Source: Ranitomeya imitator (lineage: Eukaryota). From it: DNA of 33,046 nt. Location of the stretch: the NCBI RefSeq assembly GCF_032444005.1, contig NC_091286.1:654782001-654815046 (forward strand). Direction: 5' to 3'. This document shows positions 1 through 11,370 of this stretch, piece after piece; within the stretch, counting starts at the first letter, position 1, and the number at the start of each line of letters is the position of its first letter. Under the pieces are notes generated by a model. The model was not told the DNA's origin and made no database searches. It worked only from the letters and a program-made list of their open reading frames with translations. The position numbers were made by a program, and so were the translations under genes.

Positions 1-326
1 GGTATAAACGCCTCCCCCAAAAGAAATTCATGAATAGCTGGTTTTTGGTCATTCTGCCTCACAAAAAATCGGAATAAAAAGCGATAAACTGTCACGTGTC
101 CAAAAATGTTACCAATAAAAACGTCAACCCGTCCCGCAAAAAAACAAGACCTCACATGACTCTGTGGACCAAAATATGGAAAAATTATAGGTCTCAAAAT
201 CTGGAGACGCAAAAACTTTTTTGCTATAAAAAGCGTCTTTTAGTGTGACGGCTGCCAATCATAAAAATCCGATATAAAAAACGCTATAAAAGTAAATCAA
301 ACCCCCCTTCATCACCCCCTTAGTTA

Positions 327-682
327 GGCTAGGTTCACATTGCGTTAATGGGTTAACGCTAACGGACAGCGTTGCACAGCGAAAATGTCACAATTAACGC
401 CGTGCAACGGGACCGTTAGCACACCCATTGACAGCAATGTGATTTTCGGGTGTAGCGCATCGCTAGAGCGTGCCATTTTCGGCTCGCGCTAGCTAGGTGC
501 TGTTCTTTTGTGGCGCGCCTCGGACGCTGCTTGCAGCATCCGCGGCGCGCCCGAGGTCCGATCCCCGATCTTCCAGAGTGGGGACGTTAACGCGACCACT
601 AAACGCGACACCTAAAAAGACATTGCATTAGCGCAATCCGCTAGCGCTAAACGGATTTCCCTAAAGCAATGTGAACCTAGCC
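327..682. mobile_element. PIF/Harbinger (Tourist-like) MITE inserted in copy 1
   Basis: Perfect 17-bp TIR GGCTAGGTTCACATTGC / GCAATGTGAACCTAGCC. TTA on both sides (324-326, 683-685). Absent at the homologous site of copy 2 (~9350). Confidence 0.85.
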
Positions 683-730
683 TTAGGGAAAAATAATAAA
701 ATTAAAAAAAAATGTATTTCCATTTTAGTG

Positions 731-814
731 TTAGGGCTAGGGTTAGGGCTAGGGTTAAAGCTAGGGTTAAGGTTAGGGTTAGGGTTAGGGCTAGGGTTAG
801 GGCTAGGGTTAGGG
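731..814 (+). repeat. Telomere-like hexamer array (TTAGGG/CTAGGG/TTAAGG variants) inside the DNA element
   Basis: 14 consecutive hexamers counted: TTAGGG interspersed with CTAGGG, TTAAAG and TTAAGG, followed by degenerate G-rich units to ~930. Confidence 0.9.
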
Positions 815-959
815 TTTGGATTACATTTACGGTTGGGATTAGGGTTGGGATTAGAATTAGGGGTGTGTCAGGGTTAGGTGTGTGGTTAGGGTTACAGTTG
901 GGATTAGGTTAGGGGTGCGTTTGGATTAGGGTTTCAGTTTTAATTGGGGGGTTTCCACT

Positions 960-2000
960 GTTTAGGCACATCAGGGGCTCTTCAAACGCGACATGGCGTC
1001 CGATCTCAATTCCAGCCAATTCTGCATTGAAAAAGTAATAGTGCTCCTTCACTTCCGAGCTCTCCCGTGCGCCCAAACAGGGGTTTACCCCAACATATGG
1101 GGTATCAGCGTACTCGAGACAAATTGGACAGCAACTTTTTGGGTCCAAGTTCTCTTATCCTTGGGAAAATAAAAATTTGGGGGGCTAAAAATCATTTTTG
1201 TGGGAAAAAAAGGATTTTTTATTTTCACGGCTCTGCATTGTAAACTGTAGTGAAACACTTGGGGGTTCAAAGTTTTCACAACACATCTAGATAAGTTCCT
1301 TGGGAGGTCTAGTTTCCAATATGAGGTCACTTGTGGGGGGTTTGTACTGTTTGGGTACATCAGGGGCTCTCCAAACCAACATGGCGTCCCATCTTAATTC
1401 CAGTCAATTTTGCATTGAAAAGTCAAATGGCGCTCCTTCCCTTCCGAGCTCTGCTATGCGCCCAAAAAGTGGTTTACCCCCACATATGGGGTATCGTCGC
1501 ACTCAGGACAAATTGCACAACAACTTTTATGGTCTAATTTCTTCTCTTACCTTTCGGAAAATAAAAAATTGGGGGCGAAAAGATCATTTTTGTGAAAAAA
1601 TATTATTTTTTATTTTTACGGCTCTGCATTATAAACTTCTGTGAAGCACTTGTTGGGTCAAAGTACTCATCACACATCTAGATAAGTTCCTTGAGGGGTC
1701 TACTTTCCAAAATGGTGTCACTTGTGGGGATTTCAATGTTTAGGCACATCAGGGGCTCTCCAAACGCAACATGGCATCCCATCTCAATTCCAGTCAATTT
1801 TGCATTAAAAAGTAAAATGGCGCTCCTTCCCTTCCGAGCTCTGCCATACGCCCAAACAATGGTTTACACCCATATATGGGGTATCAGCTTACTCAGGACA
1901 GATTGTACAACAACGTTTGGCATCCATTTTATCCTGTTACCCTTGGTAAAATAAAACAAATTGGAGCTGAATAAATTGTGTGAAAAAAAGTTAAATATTC
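960..2000 (+). repeat. Internal ~390-bp tandem subrepeats (about 3 units) of the TTAA element
   Basis: The motif ACATCAGGGGCTCT...CTCCTT(C/A)C(C/T)TTCCGAGC...ACATATGGGGTATC recurs at ~968, ~1357 and ~1746; equivalents at ~9751, ~10144 and ~10521. Confidence 0.8.
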
Positions 2001-2994
2001 ATTTTTATTTAAACATTCCAAAAATTCCTGTGAAACCCCTGAAGGGTTAATAAACTTGTTGAATGTGGTTTTGAGCACCTTGAGGGGTGCAGTTTTTAGA
2101 ATGGTGTCACACTTGGGTATTTTCTATCAATATAGACCCCTCAAAATGACTTCAAATGAGATGTGGTCCCTAAAAAAAAAAAAAAAAAAAAATGGTGTTG
2201 TAAAAATGAGAAATTGCTGGTCAACTTTTAACCCTTATAACTCCCTAACAAAAAAATTTTGGTTCCAAAATTGTGCTGATGTAAAGTAGACATGTGGGAA
2301 ATGTTACTTATTAAGTATTTTGCGTGACATCTCTGTAAATTTTTATGCCCTTAAATCAAAGTTGGAAAATTGCGAAATTATCTAAATTTTCGCCAAATTT
2401 CCATTTTTTTCACAAATAAACGCAAGGTTTATCGAATAAATTTTACCACTACCATGAAGTACAATATGTCACGAGAAAACAATGTCAATCACGGGGATCC
2501 GTTAAAGCGTTCCAGAGTTATAACCTCATAAAGGGACAGTGGTCAGAATTGTAAAAATTGGCCCGGTCATTAACGTGCAAATCGCCCTCGGGGCTTAAGG
2601 GGTTAAGGCTAAGTGCACACGTTGAGTGTTTAATGAGTTTTTGAGGAAAAGTATAATTAAAAACTGCTGAAGTGGTGCATTTTTCTCACTCCTGATTTGG
2701 CTTAAATACCCATATTGAAACCTCACCAAATAGGCCATGTGAACACATTGACTACAGGTCGAGGAATGAGTTAAACAAACAAAAATGTTTTTCTTTAATT
2801 AAACTATGCCTGTCTTTCACAGTATGTTTTGCCACTATTGATCCTCAAAAGCAATTTTCAATCTTCTTTCCAGCTTGACTTCTATCCATTCAGTCCCCAA
2901 TACCACAATGTATGGCTGTATTGTGCAGCGTGCCCCATGCGACTGCATGTATTGGAAGCTATGTCTGTGACATACATGGTTCCATAGATATAAG

Positions 2995-4319
2995 TAGAGT
3001 TGAGCGACTTTTTTACTGTTTTAGGATCGAGTCGGGTTTCGCGAAACCTGACTTTGTCAAAAGTCGGGTTGGGTGAAATTGGCCGATTGCGAAAAGTCGG
3101 GGGCCGACCGAAACCCAAAACCCAATGCAAGTCAATGGGAAATCAAAGCCGGCTGTGAGTGGAGGACAGGAAAACACCTACAGTGTCCATTTTAATGCCA
3201 AAAACATCAATTCTTATTTCTTAAGCTTGTCAATCTTAATTTACTTTATAATAAGTTAGGCATTCAAAACAGTGGGTCATTTGGTTAAAGTTGTGGGGGG
3301 GTAGGGCTGGCTCAAGATTTTTGTGGGCCCAGTAAACGCGGAATATGTCACGGCGGTGGAGCAGGGAGAGTTAAGTATTTAAACTTTGCAAGTGCTGTGA
3401 TCCTGAGCAAGCAGGGGGGCCCTCTTGTTTGCCCTGGCACAGGGCCCTTCATAGTACGGCAGTGTGTTTGACTGGTGGTGCCTCCCACTGCCAGACACTT
3501 TTGCGTACAATGAGGGGCCCTGTGCCAGTGACGTCGCCAACGAGTATGCCCCCCTCACCTGATGAAGGAACCTGTACTTTCATCTGCACTTTCTTTGTCC
3601 CAGTGTAAGGTGGTATAGTATGCGGGAAGGGGAACCTGACTTTACACAGCCAGAATCTGACCCTGCTGAAAGTCAGGTTCCCCTTCCCGCATACTATACC
3701 ACCTTACACGGGGGCAAAGAGGAAGGTGCAGATGAAAGCGCAGGTTCCTTCATCAGGTAAGGGGGGCATACTCGTTGGCGACGTCACTGGCACAGGGCCC
3801 CTCATAGTACGCAAAAGTGTCCCTGGCAGTGGGAGGCGCCACCCACTGTCAAACACACCGCCATACTATGAGGGGCCCTGTGCCAGTGCCAACGAGTGGG
3901 CCCCCCTGCTTGCTCAGGATCACAGCACTTGCAAAGTTGAAATACTTACCTGTCCCTGCTCCACCGCCGTGACATATTTCGCGTTTCCTGGGCCCATCAA
4001 AATCATAAGCCAGCCCTACCCCCCCACAACTTTAGCCAAATGACCCCCTGCTTTCAATGCCTAACTATTATAAAGTAAATAAAGATTGACAAGCTTAAGA
4101 AATAAGAATTGATGTTTTTGGCATTAAAATGGGCACTGTAGGTCTTTTCTTGTCCGCCACTCACTGTCTACTTTGATTCCCCATTGACTTGCATTGGGTT
4201 TTGTGTTTCGGTCGGCCCCCGACTTTTCGCAATCGTCAGATTTCACCCGACCCGACTTTTGACTGTCGGGTTTCGCAAAACCCGACTCGATCCTAAAAAG
4301 TATAAGTTGCTCAACTCTA
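2995..4319. mobile_element. 1.3-kb foldback (whole-length inverted repeat) non-autonomous element with hAT-like TAGAGTTGAGC termini
   Basis: Left arm 2995-3643 is the reverse complement of right arm 3669-4319. The innermost 41 bp are perfect and flank a 25-nt spacer. No convincing 8-bp TSD (GATATAAG vs ATCATAAC). Confidence 0.8.
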
Positions 4320-5466
4320 ATCATAACGACACCATGTGCCTCACAGAATTTTATACCATTGAGTGGTGGAAGTAAAACTAAAAACTTGTGGCTACAAATT
4401 TTATTTTTACCACTAAAACTTTGTTTTTCTAAGGGCAAATAGGAACTTTTTTACAACAAATGGAGGTCCATTATTTCCTGAGTGCGCCAATACCCTACAT
4501 GTAATAGGGGAAATATTTTTCAGGCACAGTGCAAAGCTCAGAGGGCAAGGAGCATTAGGTTTTACAGTTATGGTTTGCAGGTGCCATGACCCACTGCGAG
4601 AGCCCATAAAGTATTAGGGTCACTTATGGGGGGTTCTGCTGTTCTATTTTACAAACTACCCCTGAATTCATCTAGGAATGCAGTGATCATATTGACACCA
4701 CGGGTGTCACAGGATTTTGTACCTTGGGCAGTGAGGAAAACTAAACCTTAACCATAAATTTATTTTTAGCCCCAGATTTTACATTTTTACATAAGTGGTA
4801 ACGATTCTGCATTTCAGTGTAATTATGGCAATAACAGACTTGTAGAGTGGTGTGGGTTTTTTTTTTGGGGTGGGAGGGGGAGATGACGCCTAAAAATCCT
4901 GTAAGAAAGTGTCTCCAGTTTGAGACCCATTATTCCATGGTTGCTGAATGAGGGCTTGTTTACTGCATGCTGAGCTGACTCCCTTTCTACAATGAGTCCT
5001 CTAAGGAGTGGTGGGATCCACCAGCTGTAGACTCCTGGAATTTGCCTTGGGCCTATACTGTCTGCCCATCCTCACTTTCCATAATAGCATGCGCAGTGTT
5101 TTGTATAAAAGATGTAAGAAAAGAATAATCTGACAGCAACAAATCATTAATGTTATGCAAGTGTCCACAAAACCCAGGTAATGAGCTGTATTTGCCCCAT
5201 GGACACTCGTTTGTATCAGGACATGATACTAGGGAGATGTTCTCAGCTAAGCACAAGGCTCCATCCTGGGGGATGAAGGGGGTGGATAATACCTTCCTCA
5301 TGAAAAGGGTTTCACTACTTTCCTTAGACTTGAGCTGCCTACAAGATGCCAGTGTCCCGGTGCAGGTGGCTCAATGATGTCATGGCATTGCACCACTCAT
5401 ATTATGGGTGCAGTAAGAATTATATTATTTCAGAGGTGTTGGCACAAAAGAAGTTAATACTTTCTA

Positions 5467-6179
5467 AAGGCCCCTTCACATTAAGCGACACCGACAACTA
5501 TGTCGATCGCTGCAGCGTCGCTGTTTGGTCACTGGAGAGCTGTCACACAGACCGCTCTCCAGCGACCAACGATCCCGAAGTCCCCGGGTAACCAGGGTAA
5601 ACATCGGGTTACTAAGCGCAGGGCCGCGCTTAGTAACCCGATGTTTACCCTGGTTACCAGCGTAAAAGTAAAAAAAAAAAACAGTACATACTTACCTACC
5701 GCTGTCTGTCCTCGGCGCTCTGCTTCTCTGGTCTGGCTGTGAGCACAGCGGCCGGAAAGCAGAGCGGTGACGTCACCGCTCTGCTTTCCGGCTGACCGCT
5801 CACAGCCAGTACAGGAGGAGTGCAGAGAAGGGCAGCGCCGGGGACAGACAGCGGTAGGTAAGTATGTAGTTTTTTTTTTTTTTACTTTTACGCTGGTAAC
5901 CAGGGTAAACATCGGGTTACTAAGCGCGGCCCTGCGCTTAGTTACCCGATGTTTATCCTGGTTACCAGTGAAGACATCGCTGGATCGGCGTCACACACGC
6001 CGATCCAGCGATGTCCATGGGAGATCCAGCGACGAAATAAAGTTCTGGACTTTGTTCAGCGACCAACGATCTCCCAGCAGGGGCCTGATCGTTGGTCGCT
6101 GTCACACATAACGATTTCCTTAACGATATCGTTGCTACGTCACAAAAAGCAACGATATCGTTATGTGTGAAGGTACCTT
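5467..6179. mobile_element. Palindromic MITE built of nested hairpins
   Basis: Termini TA|AAGGCCCCTTCACA ... TGTGAAGGTACCTT|TA. Perfect 42-bp central palindrome at 5751-5792. A 72-bp hairpin at 5587-5658 is mirrored at ~5895-5967. Confidence 0.85.
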
Positions 6180-6919
6180 TAGAGGGCATTTGAGGGCAAT
6201 ATAACAGGTTTAGGGTCTGCAATATTTGCCTTTCTCATGGGTCTGGCTACACTGTTAAAACAATATTGATGGTACAGTAGATAAGCGTTAAATGGGTGTG
6301 ATCTCCAAAATCCTATTCCAGTATGTAGTAGGTGTAATAACATTGGTGAATCATTAGCAAATACCTTCAATTAGAATTGTAGTGTAATAGAACTGTACTA
6401 CACTACAATTCTACCTACTACATATTGGGATAGGATCTTAAAGATAGGAATATTTTTTTTTTTACCTGTTAGTAAAAGGTCCAGATTTTACTCAAGAAGT
6501 AAAGTAAAAAAACCTTTGTTTGTGCAATGTTGAGTTGTTTAAATAGTTAGCAACTTTTAGCATTGTCACACAAATTATTCCCAGGTCTGCCAGTGTCTGG
6601 AGCTGGAGCAGGATGAGCCTCGTGCCATAGCTCCTCCGATTCATGACAAGCTGTTGGGTTCCTTAAGCCATAATTATTACTCTTGTCTCCAACTCTGCAC
6701 CTCGCCCCAAATCTCTCGCTCTCTAGAGGCGCTGATCACTTGTCAGACATTGCTTGCGCCTCTTATTGAATCAGGCTGTAATGTATGTAGTCTTGATAAA
6801 GGGACGTATTTGAGTCAAACGCTCCTAAGTGCTCAAAAAGAAAGACATTCAGTCCATTTTGGAACAGGGACATGGATCACACTCCCAGTTCAAATCAATG
6901 GATCTGTAAATAAAATGGA

Positions 6920-7930
6920 CGACCCGCTATGCTATGTGGTGATTGCATGCTGGTGTCAGCTGTGCCCACAATTGCCGTCATTTAACCCCTCTGATACCGC
7001 TTTCAGTAATGACAGCAGAATAGAGAAGCATCGCGCAGGGAGGAGGCTCCCTGCGCACTTCCAGCAAGTCTACGTGATGCGATTGTGTTGGCCTGATAGT
7101 CTCCATGGAGACCTCTGGCACAAAGATTGCCGTGGGGTCCTTCTGGATGCTTCCTTCCCTGCCTGTCAGGTCCTCCTCTGATACTCTGCAGTGCAGAGTA
7201 TCAGATCCTCGATATGACATTACATAGTGAGACATCATACTGTACTGGGACAATGTTAAAAGTGTATTTAGGGATTTTTTGTAAAAAATGTTTATAGCGA
7301 AAAAAAATAAAAATTTTCCCATAAACAAATTTGTGAATAAAAAAAGTACACATTTGGTATCATGGCGTCCATAACAACCCACTCTATAAATTCGTCCCAC
7401 TAGTTAACCCCTTCAATAAAAACAAAATAAAACTAAAAAACAAAACAAACAATGCTGTATCATACCGACGAACAAAGTGCAATAAAACGCGATAAAATAG
7501 ACGGAAGTAAATAAAAAATTGTACCGCTGAAAGTTCTTATCCTGCAAAAATCAATCCACCATACAGCTTCATCAGCAGAAAAATATGTGATAACTCTCAG
7601 AATAAAGCGATGCAAAAATTGGTTTTCTATAAAAGTTTGTGTAAAAGCGCCAAAACATAAGGTTTCACTGTAATCGTACTGGGCCAAAGAATAAAGCTGC
7701 CTTACCAATTTTACCACATGTGAAACGGTATAAAAAAGGCAATTCCTGAATTGCTGGTTTGTTAATTTGGTCTCCCAAAAATCAAAATAGAAAGCGATAG
7801 TCATGTGCCTGAAAATGATACCAATAAAAACATCAGCTCGTCCCACAAACAAGCCATAACATGACTGTCGGCCGAAATATAAAAATATTAGAGCTCTCAA
7901 AATATGGTGGTACAAAAACTAGTTTTTGCA
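6920..7930 (+). mobile_element. Older diverged relative of the TTAA element, left part (host of copy 2)
   Basis: Colinear but diverged matches to 8060-9260, e.g. AGCATCGCGCAGGGAGG.GGCTCCCTGCG, CCCACTAGTTAACCCCTTCA and CTCTCAAAAT.TGGT. Confidence 0.7.
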
Positions 7931-7934
7931 TTAA

Positions 7935-8502
7935 CCCCTTTCTGCCATTAGACGTACTATTCCATCCATGTGGGGTGGGCTCTACTTCCCAAGGACGGAA
8001 TAGTATGTCATAGGCGATCGGCTGCGCTCACGGGGGGAGCGCGGCCGATCGCGGCCGGGTGTCAGCTGCTTATCGCAGCTGACATCTGTCACTATGTGCC
8101 AGGAGCGGTCACGGACCGCCCCCGGCACATTAACCCCCGACACACCGCGATCAAACATGATCGCGATGTGCCGGCGGTGCAGGGAAGCATCGCGCAGGGA
8201 GGGGGCTCCCTGCGTGCTTCCCTGAGACCCCCGCAGCAACGCGATGTGATCGCGTTGCTGCGAGGGTCTCCGTACCTCCCTCCTGCAGCAAGTCCCGGAT
8301 CCAAGGTGGCTGCGGATCCGGGTCCTGCAGGGAGGGAGGTGGCTTACCAAGTGCCTGCTCAGAGCAGGCACTTGGTAACGCTGCAGCGCTGTTTGACAGA
8401 TCGGTGATCTGTCAGAGTGCTGTGAAAACTGGCAGATCACCGATCTGTATTGTCCCCCCCCCCCTGGGACAAAGTAAAAAAGTAAAAAAAAATTTTTTAC
8501 AA

Positions 8503-8542
<40 letters not shown>

Positions 8543-11366
8543 TAAATAATGAAGAAAATATATATATATTATTCCCATAAATACATTTCTTTATGTAAAT
8601 AAAAAAAAAACAATAAAAGTACACATATTTAGTATCGCCGCGTCGTAACGACCCGACCTATAAAACTGGCCCACTAGTTAACCCCTTCAGTAAACACCGT
8701 AAGAAAAAAGAGGCAAAAAACAACGCTTTATCATACCGCCGAACAAAAAGTGGAATAACACGCGATCAAAAAGACAGATATAAATAACCATGGTACCGCT
8801 GAAAGCATCATCTTGTCCCGCAAAAAACGAGCCGCCATGCAGCAACATCAGCAAAAAAATAAAAAAGTTATAGTCCTCAGAATAAAGTGATGCAAAAATA
8901 ATTATTCTATAAAATAGTTTTTATCGTATAAAAGCGCCAAAACATAAAAAAATTGATATAAATGAGGTGTCGCTGTAATCGTACTGACCCGAAGAATAAA
9001 ACTGCTTTATCAATTTTACCAAACGCGGAACGGTAAACGCCTCCCCCAAAAGAAATTCATGAATAGCTGGTTTTTGCTAATTCTGCCTCACAAAAATTGG
9101 AATAAAAAACGATCAAAAAATGTCACGTGCCCGAAAATGCTACCAATAAAAACGTCAACTCGTCCCGCAAAAAAGACCTCACATGACTCTGTGGACTCAA
9201 ATATGGAAAAATTATAGCTCTCAAAATGTGGTAACGCAAAAAATATTTTTTGCAATAAAAAGCGTCTTTCAGTGAGTGACGGCTGCCAATCATAAAAATC
9301 CGCTAAAAAACCGGCTATAAAAGTAAATCAAACCCCCCTTCATTACCCCCTTAGTTTGGAAATAAATACATTTTAAATTTTTATTTTTCCCTTTTTCCCA
9401 TTAGGGTTAAGGCTACGGTTAGGGTTAAGGCTACGGTTAGGGTTAAGGCTACGGTTAGGGTTAAGGCTACGGTTAGGGTTAAGGCTACGGTTAGGGTTAA
9501 GGCTACGGTTAGGGTTAAGGCTACGGTTAGGGTTAAGGCTACGGTTAGGGTTAAGGCTACGGTTAGGGTTAAGGCTACGGTTAGGGTTAAGGCTACGGTT
9601 AGGGTTAAGGCTACGGTTAGGGTTAAGGCTACGGTTAGGGTTAAGGCTACGGTTAGGGTTTGGATTACATTTGCAGTTGGGATTAGGGTTAGGGGTGTGT
9701 TTGGATTAGGGTTTCAGTTATAATTGGGGGGTTTCCACTGCTTAGACATATCAGGGGCTCTCCAAACGCGACATGGCGTCCGATCTCAATTCCAGCCAAT
9801 TCTGCGTTGAAAAAGTAAAACCGTGCTCCTTCCCTTCCGAGCTCTCCCGTGTGCCCAAACAGGAGTTTACCCCAACATATGGGGTATCAGCGTACTCAGG
9901 ACAAATTGGACAACAACTTTTGGGGTCCAATTTCTCCTGTTACCTTTGGGAAAATACAAAACTGGGGGCTAAAAAATGTTTTGTGGGAAAAAAAGATTTT
10001 TTAATTTTCACGGCTCTGCGTTATAAACTGTAGTGAAACACTTGGGGGCTCAAAATTCTCACAATACATCTAAATAAGTTCCTTGGGGGGTCTAGTTTCC
10101 AATATGGGGTCACTTGTGGGGGGTTTCTACTGTTTAGGTACATTAGGGGCTCTGCAAACGCAATGTGACGCCTGCAGACCATTCCATCTAAGTCTGCATT
10201 CCAAATGGCGCTCCTTCCCTTCCGAGCCCTCCCATGCGCCCAAACGGTGGTTCCCCCCCACATATGGGGCATCAGCGCACTCAGGAGAAATAGGACAAAT
10301 TGCACAACAAATTTTAGGGTCCAGTTACCCTCGGGAAAATACAAAACTAGGGGCTAAAAAATATTTGTGGGAAAAAATTTGTTTTATTTTACAGCTCTGC
10401 GTTATAAACTTCTGTGAAGCTCTTGGTGGGTCAAAGTGCTCACCACACCTCTAGATAAGTTCCTTAGGGGGTCTACTTTCCAAAATGGTCACTTGTGGGG
10501 GGTTTCAATATTTAAACACATCAATGGCTCTTCAAACGCAACATGGCGTCTCATCTCAATTCCAGTCAATTTTGCATTAAAGTCAAACGGCGCTCCTTCC
10601 CTTCCGAGCTCTCCCATGCGCCCAAACAGTGGTTTACCCCCACATATGGGGTATCGGCGTACTCAGGACAAATTGTACAACAAGGTTTGGGGTCCATTTT
10701 CTCCTGTAACTCTTGGCAAAATAAAACAAATTGGAGCTGAAGTAAATTTTTTGTGAAAAAAAGTTAAATGTTAATTTTTATTTAAACATTCCAAAAATTC
10801 CTGTGAAACACCTGAAGGGTTAATAAACTTCTTGAATGTGGTTTTGAGAACCTTGAGGGGTGCAGCTTTTAGAATGGTGTCACACTTGGGTATTTTCTAT
10901 CAATATAGACCCCTCAAAATGACTTCAAATGAGATGTGGTCCCTAAAATAAAATGGTGTTGTAGAAATGAGAAATTGCTGGTCAACTTTTAACCCTTATA
11001 ACTCCCTAACAAAAAAAAATGTTGGTTCCAAAAGTGTGCTGATGTAAAGTAGACATGTGGGAAATGTTACTTATTAAGTATTTTGTGTGACATATCTGTG
11101 ATTTAATTGCATAAAAATTCAAAGTTGGAAAATTGCAAAATTTTCAAAATTTTCGCCATGTTTCCATTTTTTCACAAATAAACGCAGGTAATATCAAAGA
11201 AATTTTTCCACTATCATGAAGTACAATATGTCACGAGAAAACAATGTCAGAATCACCGGGATCCGTTGAAGCGTTCCAGAGTTATAACCTCATAAAGGGA
11301 CCGTGGTCAGAATTGTAAAAATTGGCCCGGTCTATAACGTGCAAACCACCCTTGGGGGTAAAGGGG
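7935..11366 (+). mobile_element. Complete ~3.4-kb non-autonomous piggyBac-like element, copy 2
   Basis: TTAA (7931-7934) CCCCTTT ... AAAGGGG TTAA (11367-11370). Removing it restores TTTTTGCA-TTAA-AAACCATCTT, which matches the family's own internal sequence. No transposase. Confidence 0.85.
9401..9658 (+). repeat. Perfect 18-bp higher-order telomere-variant array (TTAGGG TTAAGG CTACGG)x14, plus one TTAGGG
   Basis: 9401-9652 is 252 bp, i.e. 14 identical units by direct count. Confidence 0.95.
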
Positions 11367-11370
11367 TTAA

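Larger units (their letters stand above)
1..2602 (+). mobile_element. Non-autonomous piggyBac-like (TTAA) DNA element, copy 1; left end lies outside the window
   Basis: Ends in ...CTTAAGGGG followed by TTAA (2603-2606). Colinear with, and highly similar to, 9030-11370 (copy 2). No transposase ORF. Confidence 0.8.

Noticed and set aside
671-912. ORFs encoding GL and RV dipeptide repeats
   Set aside because: Simply translations of the TTAGGG-type array; no evidence of a gene.
3558-3590. CCTGATGAAGG in the foldback arms
   Set aside because: No downstream GAAA core; part of a DNA transposon.
4330-4790. Fragments resembling the TTAA-family internal repeats
   Set aside because: Too degenerate to set boundaries or assign a family.
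5050-5460. Possible L1/Tx1 ORF2 remnant on the minus strand
   Set aside because: Only a vague PW..N...I.DL resemblance; too weak to call.
6654-7181. 175-aa plus-strand ORF
   Set aside because: Runs across the boundary into a decayed transposon end; no recognisable motif.
7970-8578. 145-aa and 198-aa overlapping ORFs as a transposase
   Set aside because: GC-rich, hairpin-rich subterminal DNA with few stops by composition; no DDD/DDE motifs, and low-complexity poly-F from an A-tract.
9401-9658. Regular repeat array as a possible CRISPR
   Set aside because: No spacers, eukaryotic context, and a pure tandem telomere-variant repeat.
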